Assembly: GCA_038885755.1 (NCBI GenBank)
Contig: JAVZZH010000003.1
Coordinates: forward strand, 96,001 to 160,000
DNA: 64,000 nucleotides
Direction: 5' to 3'
Origin: Candidatus Caldarchaeum sp.
Lineage (GTDB): Archaea > Thermoproteota > Nitrososphaeria_A > Caldarchaeales > Caldarchaeaceae
The position numbers and the translations under genes are program-made. The number at the start of each line of letters is the position of its first letter. The first letter of the stretch is position 1. Below, piece by piece: positions 59,106 through 64,000 of the stretch. The notes under the pieces were generated by a model. That model was given only the letters and a program-made list of their open reading frames with translations. It searched no databases and was not told the DNA's origin.

Positions 59106-59743
59106 ACAGCGTCGTCTCTTAAACCCGTCACTCTAAGCCCTGCATCGCTCAGCCCGTACCTTTTGTTGACGCCTATTAGGAAGCGGGTGAAAGCCTCCCC
59201 ATACTTGGAGTTTTTCAAAGGCCCGCCGTCGACAGGCCGGAGACCCGAGATCTGGCGGAGCAGCCCGACGACCGTCCTCTTCTCATCGAACCCGTCCCCG
59301 AAGACAAACGTGTCGGAGTCAATAGGCCTGTCTAGGTCTTGGATGATCTGGGCGCTCACCGTATGGAGGGCGGCGACGACTTTGACTGATTTGGGCAGGC
59401 GTTCAGCTAAAAGCTCAGCGGCCGAACCGTTGACGCCGGCGGGCGGCACGATGCATGAGACTGCGATGCAGTCCTGCTCAAGGCCTGCGGCCACGTCGTC
59501 CACGATCGGGGCTAAAGCCTCGTATGGGATGGTGAAGAAGACGACCCTGCATCCCTTCACCGCATTTCTGTTCGAGGCCCCTGAAACCACGGCGCTCCCC
59601 AATATTTCAACCGCCCTCCTAGCGGCCTGCGATGCCCTCCCTTCATCCCTCGACCCGATCACAACCTCTACACCTGCTCTGGCGAGCCTGAGCACGAGCC
59701 CGAAACCGAGGTCGCCCGTCCCGCCTACTACACCGACCTTCAT
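59084..59743 (-). CDS. npdG: F420-dependent NADP+ reductase
   Basis: GGTGDLGFGL, IGSR, SAAE, VVAALHTVSA, DGGPL.N, INKRY-like motif. Confidence 0.9.
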   Translation of the reverse strand: MKVGVVGGTGDLGFGLVLRLARAGVEVVIGSRDEGRASQAARRAVEILGSAVVSGASNRNAVKGCRVVFFTIPYEALAPIVDDVAAGLEQDCIAVSCIVPPAGVNGSAAELLAERLPKSVKVVAALHTVSAQIIQDLDRPIDSDTFVFGDGFDEKRTVVGLLRQISGLRPVDGGPLKNSKYGEAFTRFLIGVNKRYGLSDAGLRVTGLRDDAVWRKWGF

Positions 59744-59848
59744 CAGCGGTTACGGCGATGAAAATTATTTAAACACATCAGGATGTTTAGTGGCCGGGCT
59801 GCTTGCTTTTGGATACAGTATAAAAGCTGGCTTTGCGATGTTTGAAAC

Positions 59849-60466
59849 ATGGACGACACAGTGCTGGCCGTCTCGATGATTTTGATCGTGATGGGTGTAG
59901 CTGGAATATTCATACCGTTCTCCGGAATCTCGGAGACTATGAGGCCGCTGGCCGAGTTCTCAGGCTTCATGCTGGCTCTGGGCGTCATCATGCTGCCCAT
60001 AGGCTTGTTCAGGGGAGGGCTTCCGCAGCTGAGCAGCGGTAAAACATATGTTTTGACATCGCTGGGGATAGGGCTTGTTTCCTTCGTTCTTGTCTCCGCA
60101 GCTCTCCAAGTCGGTCCTTTCACCAAAATAGAGAAGTTAGAAGCCACAGGCCCTACGCCGTTCAACGTCACGGTTATCATCCTCCCCGGCTCGTTCGACC
60201 CGAGCGCTACGGAGACATACTCCCCGGCCAGCGTTAAGGTGCTCGCAGGATACAACAGCACCGTGATATGGATTAACGCCGAGAACGTCAACGTAGCCCA
60301 CACAGTCACGTCCGACCAAGGGCTTTTCGACTCAGGGTTGTTCGGCTCGAACGAAAGGTGGGTGTTTACGTTCGCCAGAGCCGGAATATACCCGTACCAC
60401 TGCACACCCCATCCGTGGATGGTTGGGACGGTGACGGTAGTCGAGGGGCCGATGCCGGAAGGGTGA
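59849..60466 (+). CDS. Membrane-anchored plastocyanin/cupredoxin
   Basis: 3 TM helices, then HTVT and YHCTPHPWM type-1 Cu ligands. Confidence 0.9.
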   Translation: MDDTVLAVSMILIVMGVAGIFIPFSGISETMRPLAEFSGFMLALGVIMLPIGLFRGGLPQLSSGKTYVLTSLGIGLVSFVLVSAALQVGPFTKIEKLEATGPTPFNVTVIILPGSFDPSATETYSPASVKVLAGYNSTVIWINAENVNVAHTVTSDQGLFDSGLFGSNERWVFTFARAGIYPYHCTPHPWMVGTVTVVEGPMPEG

Positions 60467-60469
60467 ATC

Positions 60470-61762
60470 CTAGCAGGCTTGGACGAGACGAGCCTTTAGA
60501 TAGGTTTTCTCAGCTTCGACCACTTCGGCTTCAACAAACCTGCCCAGCAGGTTTTCCCTCGTGTTCAGGATTATCGGTCTGTAGGCGTGGTTCCTAGCGG
60601 CCATAAAGCCGTTCTTCCCAACCTCGTCCACGAGCACCTCTCCAGACCAGCCCACCCATCTCTCGTTGAGCTTCAGCTGAACCTCTTCAACCAGCTCTTT
60701 GACAGCGGCAACTCTACGGGCCACCACGCTGTGCGGCAGCGGCTTAAGCTTCTCGGCGGGGGTGTCGGGACGTGGAAAGTAGCGTGAAATGTTGACCACG
60801 TGAGGCTTGGCCCTCTCGAGGAGGCGCAGCGTCCGCTCAAAGTCGTCGTCATCCTCCGTCGGATACCCGACTATGATGTCCGTCGCAAGAGTTAGGTCTG
60901 GAATTTTTTCACGGAACCTCTCCACTATTTGGATGAACATGCTTGACGTGTGGCCGCGATTCATGTCTCGGAGCACTTTGTCCGAGCCGGACTGCACGGG
61001 CAGATGTATGAACTTGAAAACTTTCTCGCAGAGGTATGCCTCGACAAGCTGGGTCAGTATGGGGTTGAGGTATATGGGGTTCATCATCCCCACGCGGACG
61101 TAGAACCGGCCCTCCACAGCGTTGACGGCTTGCAGCAGCTGGGGAAGCAGGTTTTTTCCCGACTCAAGGCCGTAGCTGCCCATGTCTTGGCTGGTCAGCC
61201 AAACCTCCCTGCATCCCTCTGACACGCTGCGGCGCACCTCCTCCACGACCGCCCTGACCGGGTAGCTCTGGTAGCCGGGCCTTGTGTTGGGGACGATGCA
61301 GAAGCTGCACCTACTCCAGCGACAGCCCTCCGAGACAGGAACGATCGAAACAACAGGGTTGCGTCTAACCCTCGGCAATCCCGTCTTCAACACAGCAGGC
61401 TCGCCCGCATCCACGCCTCCAACCATCTCAGCGATGGCTGTGATTTTCTTGGGAGGTATCAGCAAGGCTTCCGGAGCTGCTCTCCTAACCCTCTCTCCCT
61501 CGCCCGAAACCATGCATCCAGCCACAACCAGCCTGCTGCCCATCTTAGCGAACCGCCTGACCCGGGAGACCATACGGTCGGCGGTGGGTTTCTTGACGGC
61601 GCAAGTCACCAAAACAACGTAGTCGGCTTCCTCCGGCTTCTCCACAACTTTGTACCCCCTACTCCTCAGCAGGCCTAGGGCTATCTCGCCGTCGGCTTGG
61701 TTGGCTGAGCAGCCGTAAACCTCTGCGTAAACCCTTCCAGCAGCACCCTGCAAGGCCCGCAC
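60470..61762 (-). CDS. tRNA t6A methylthiotransferase (archaeal MtaB-type radical SAM, UPF0004 + TRAM domains)
   Basis: YGCSAN, TCAVK, AGC, C..CSFC, SQDMGSYG, HLPVQSG, TDIIVGYP. Confidence 0.92.
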   Translation of the reverse strand: MRALQGAAGRVYAEVYGCSANQADGEIALGLLRSRGYKVVEKPEEADYVVLVTCAVKKPTADRMVSRVRRFAKMGSRLVVAGCMVSGEGERVRRAAPEALLIPPKKITAIAEMVGGVDAGEPAVLKTGLPRVRRNPVVSIVPVSEGCRWSRCSFCIVPNTRPGYQSYPVRAVVEEVRRSVSEGCREVWLTSQDMGSYGLESGKNLLPQLLQAVNAVEGRFYVRVGMMNPIYLNPILTQLVEAYLCEKVFKFIHLPVQSGSDKVLRDMNRGHTSSMFIQIVERFREKIPDLTLATDIIVGYPTEDDDDFERTLRLLERAKPHVVNISRYFPRPDTPAEKLKPLPHSVVARRVAAVKELVEEVQLKLNERWVGWSGEVLVDEVGKNGFMAARNHAYRPIILNTRENLLGRFVEAEVVEAEKTYLKARLVQAC

Positions 61763-62055
61763 CTAGAAGCCGGGTCTTTTTAATAAGTGCGTCGCAAGCA
61801 TTCAATAAATGTAGCGGTTGACGCGGCCGGAATGGGGTGAAGGACCGCTTCAGGAAGTTATACCAAGAAAGATGAGACAAGCCTGAAGGCAATTACCATC
61901 TTTGCGTCTGCAGGATGCCTAGGAGCTGTCTGTGTTGTGGCTAGTCATTAAGTTCAACCCAAACATGATGATCGCTTGGATGTAATGCGGGTTGAGCTGT
62001 CCCTTCCTCTGGTGTCCATGCTGCCCGCCGAAGTAAGTGTGCATCCATGATGCTG

Positions 62056-62664
62056 TCAAGATATGGTGCAGAAATTTTTGACGGCCTCTACTATCTTTTC
62101 CTCTTCAAGCCTTGACAACGACGCCAGCTGCTTGACCGCTTCGTCCACCCCGTATTCTTCGACAAAAATCTTAGCAACCGCCTTCACCGTCTCCATCCTC
62201 TCCCATGGAAAAACAATCCATGCATCGGTTGACTCGACGACGTAGTCGGGGCGCATGCGGCTCCAAGGCTTTACAAGCAGGGTCGCGGTTCTAACAGCTT
62301 CTGGTTGACGGGGTTTCAAAACCATGTTTACCGCAGCATCTAGAGTTGCCCCTGTGTCGGCCACGTCGTCGACCAGCAGTATGTTCCTGCCTGTTAAATC
62401 TCTCAGCTCGAGGTCGTGGTAGATCTTAAGATCCTTCCTCTCGGTGTCTGAGTATGACTTGCATCCCACTACGTAGACCTCCCTGACTCCGAGAACGTCG
62501 GACAGAAGGTTGGCCACGACCATCCCGCCCCGCAGAACTCCTACGATTGTGTCGACGCAGTAGCCGTCCGATTCTATCAGTCGTTCAAGACGGTCCACAA
62601 ACATCTCCACGTCCGTCCACGTAAGAACAAGGAATTTCCGCCGCCCGACGGCTTTCGTCTCCAT
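62056..62664 (-). CDS. Type I phosphoribosyltransferase (purine PRT-like)
   Basis: LRGG, LLVDDVADTGAT, WIVFPWE. Confidence 0.92.
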   Translation of the reverse strand: METKAVGRRKFLVLTWTDVEMFVDRLERLIESDGYCVDTIVGVLRGGMVVANLLSDVLGVREVYVVGCKSYSDTERKDLKIYHDLELRDLTGRNILLVDDVADTGATLDAAVNMVLKPRQPEAVRTATLLVKPWSRMRPDYVVESTDAWIVFPWERMETVKAVAKIFVEEYGVDEAVKQLASLSRLEEEKIVEAVKNFCTIS

Positions 62665-62757
62665 GTTAACCTTATCCAGCCGGCTGAATTTTAGTTATCC
62701 TGCCCAGCTGCTCTAGCCGCTAATATCTATTTATGATGACTCTTCAAGCATAACTCT

Positions 62758-64000
62758 ATGAGCAGCGGTAGTCTCTTTCTTAGAAACACGCTAGAATCAG
62801 TCCGTCAAGCTGTTGAACATCTAAACATAGACCCCGGTATTCAAGAGGTTCTCAGGACTCCAAAAAGAGTCGTGGTGGTGTCGTTGCCTGTGAAGATGGA
62901 CGACGGCTCTATCAAAGTCTTCACCGGGGTGCGGGTTCAGCATTCTAACGCTAGAGGTCCTTACAAGGGTGGAGTTAGATACTACCCGACGTTGGATGTC
63001 GACGAGGTTACTGCTCTGGCCATGTTGATGACTTGGAAATGCGCTGTCGTCGACCTTCCTTACGGCGGTGCCAAGGGAGGTGTTGCATGCGACCCCAAGA
63101 ACCTCAGCAAGTCAGAGCTTGAACGGATAACTCGGCGATACACGGCCATGATTTACGAGGTCATAGGCCCTTACGTCGACATCCCCGGCCCAGACGTCTA
63201 CACCGATGCTCAAACCATGGCTTGGATGGTTGACACCTACAGCATGATGCGAGGTGTTTTCACTCCCGAGGTTGCGACCGGCAAGCCCGTAAGCCTTTAC
63301 GGGAGCTTGGGGAGGTTGGAGGCAACCTCTAGAGGCTTGACGATCGCGATGAGGGAGCTGGCGAGGACCATGAACAAGCCCCTGAAGGATGCGAGGATAG
63401 TCGTCCAAGGGTTTGGAAACGTGGGGTACAACGCAGCAAGGATTCTCCACAACGAATACGGGGCCCGGATAATCGCTGTCAGCGACTCGAAAGGCGGCAT
63501 ATTCAGCGAGAGGGGTTTGAACCCTGAGGCTGTCAGCGAGCATAAGTCTAAGACAGGGTCTGTGGTTGGGTTCAAGGACTCTAAGCCTGTTTCGAACGAA
63601 GAGTTGTTGACGATTCCATGCGACTTTCTCATCCCGGCTGCCTTGGAGAACGTGATAACCAAGGAGGTGGCTGAGAAGATTGAGGCCCGTGCCGTGGTCG
63701 AAGGTGCCAACGGGCCAACCACCTCCGAGGGAGACAGAGTCTTGAACGAGCGCGGTATTCCCGTGGTTCCCGACATACTGGCGAACGCCGGCGGCGTGGC
63801 TGTCAGCTACCTCGAATGGGTTCAGAACCTTAAAAGGGAGAGCTGGAGCCTCGAGGAAGTCAACTCTAAATTGGAGGCCAAGATAGTCAAGGGCTTCAGA
63901 GACACGCTGGAAACGTCGAGGAAACACGGCGTCTCTATGAGGCTGGGCGCTATGGTCCTCGCGGTGGGGAAGGTCGCGGAAGCCATTAACTACTTGGGGA
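62758..64000 (+). CDS. gdhA: Glutamate dehydrogenase (Glu/Leu/Phe/Val DH); runs off the window end and is absent from the ORF track
   Basis: Hand translation: MSSGSLF.., RVQHSNARGPYKGGVRY, MTWKCA, PYGGAKGG, DIPGPDV, QGFGNVG, EGANGP, PDILANAGGV..SYLEWVQN. Confidence 0.95.
   Translation, partial: MSSGSLFLRNTLESVRQAVEHLNIDPGIQEVLRTPKRVVVVSLPVKMDDGSIKVFTGVRVQHSNARGPYKGGVRYYPTLDVDEVTALAMLMTWKCAVVDLPYGGAKGGVACDPKNLSKSELERITRRYTAMIYEVIGPYVDIPGPDVYTDAQTMAWMVDTYSMMRGVFTPEVATGKPVSLYGSLGRLEATSRGLTIAMRELARTMNKPLKDARIVVQGFGNVGYNAARILHNEYGARIIAVSDSKGGIFSERGLNPEAVSEHKSKTGSVVGFKDSKPVSNEELLTIPCDFLIPAALENVITKEVAEKIEARAVVEGANGPTTSEGDRVLNERGIPVVPDILANAGGVAVSYLEWVQNLKRESWSLEEVNSKLEAKIVKGFRDTLETSRKHGVSMRLGAMVLAVGKVAEAINYLG

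Noticed and set aside
63112-63927. 271-aa minus-strand ORF
   Set aside because: Antisense shadow of the plus-strand glutamate dehydrogenase
1-64000. CRISPR arrays, rRNA, transposases, integrases and defence systems
   Set aside because: No regularly spaced repeats or diagnostic motifs seen by eye; small or degenerate elements could have been missed

Overview
Archaeal DNA of the TACK group. This is inferred from Alba, aIF-1A, archaeal GTPBP1, a PINA-type ATPase, a TackOD1-like protein and TATA boxes 25-30 bp upstream of start codons; Caldarchaeales/Aigarchaeota is plausible but unproven. The window has two parts. (1) 1-~30.6 kb is an accessory catabolic island abutting the 3' end of a tRNA-Asn(GTT) gene. 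It holds intact oxidoreductases, hydrolases and lyases, a Liv-type ABC importer and a lone molybdo-hydroxylase large subunit, interleaved with about nine frameshifted gene relics. At its centre is an unusual full-length ParB (CTP-binding fold plus HTH) fused to a kynurenine-formamidase/cyclase domain that has lost a conserved His. It is transcribed divergently from the importer across a spacer carrying a perfect 12-bp inverted repeat. This is my best candidate for an undescribed system: a ParB-type protein possibly acting as a metabolite-sensing regulator. (2) 30.7-64 kb is dense housekeeping DNA (pyrG, glnA, GTPBP1, aIF-1A, Alba, nnrD, ychF, thiolase/DUF35, PMM/PGM, npdG, methylthiotransferase, gdhA). 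Its oddities are three stand-alone Lrp/RAM genes behind glnA, a switch-II-deficient Rab-like GTPase coupled to a TackOD1-like gene, and a HAD phosphatase-PINA fusion. No CRISPR array, rRNA, integrase or transposase was seen. All calls come from motif recognition by eye; no searches were run.
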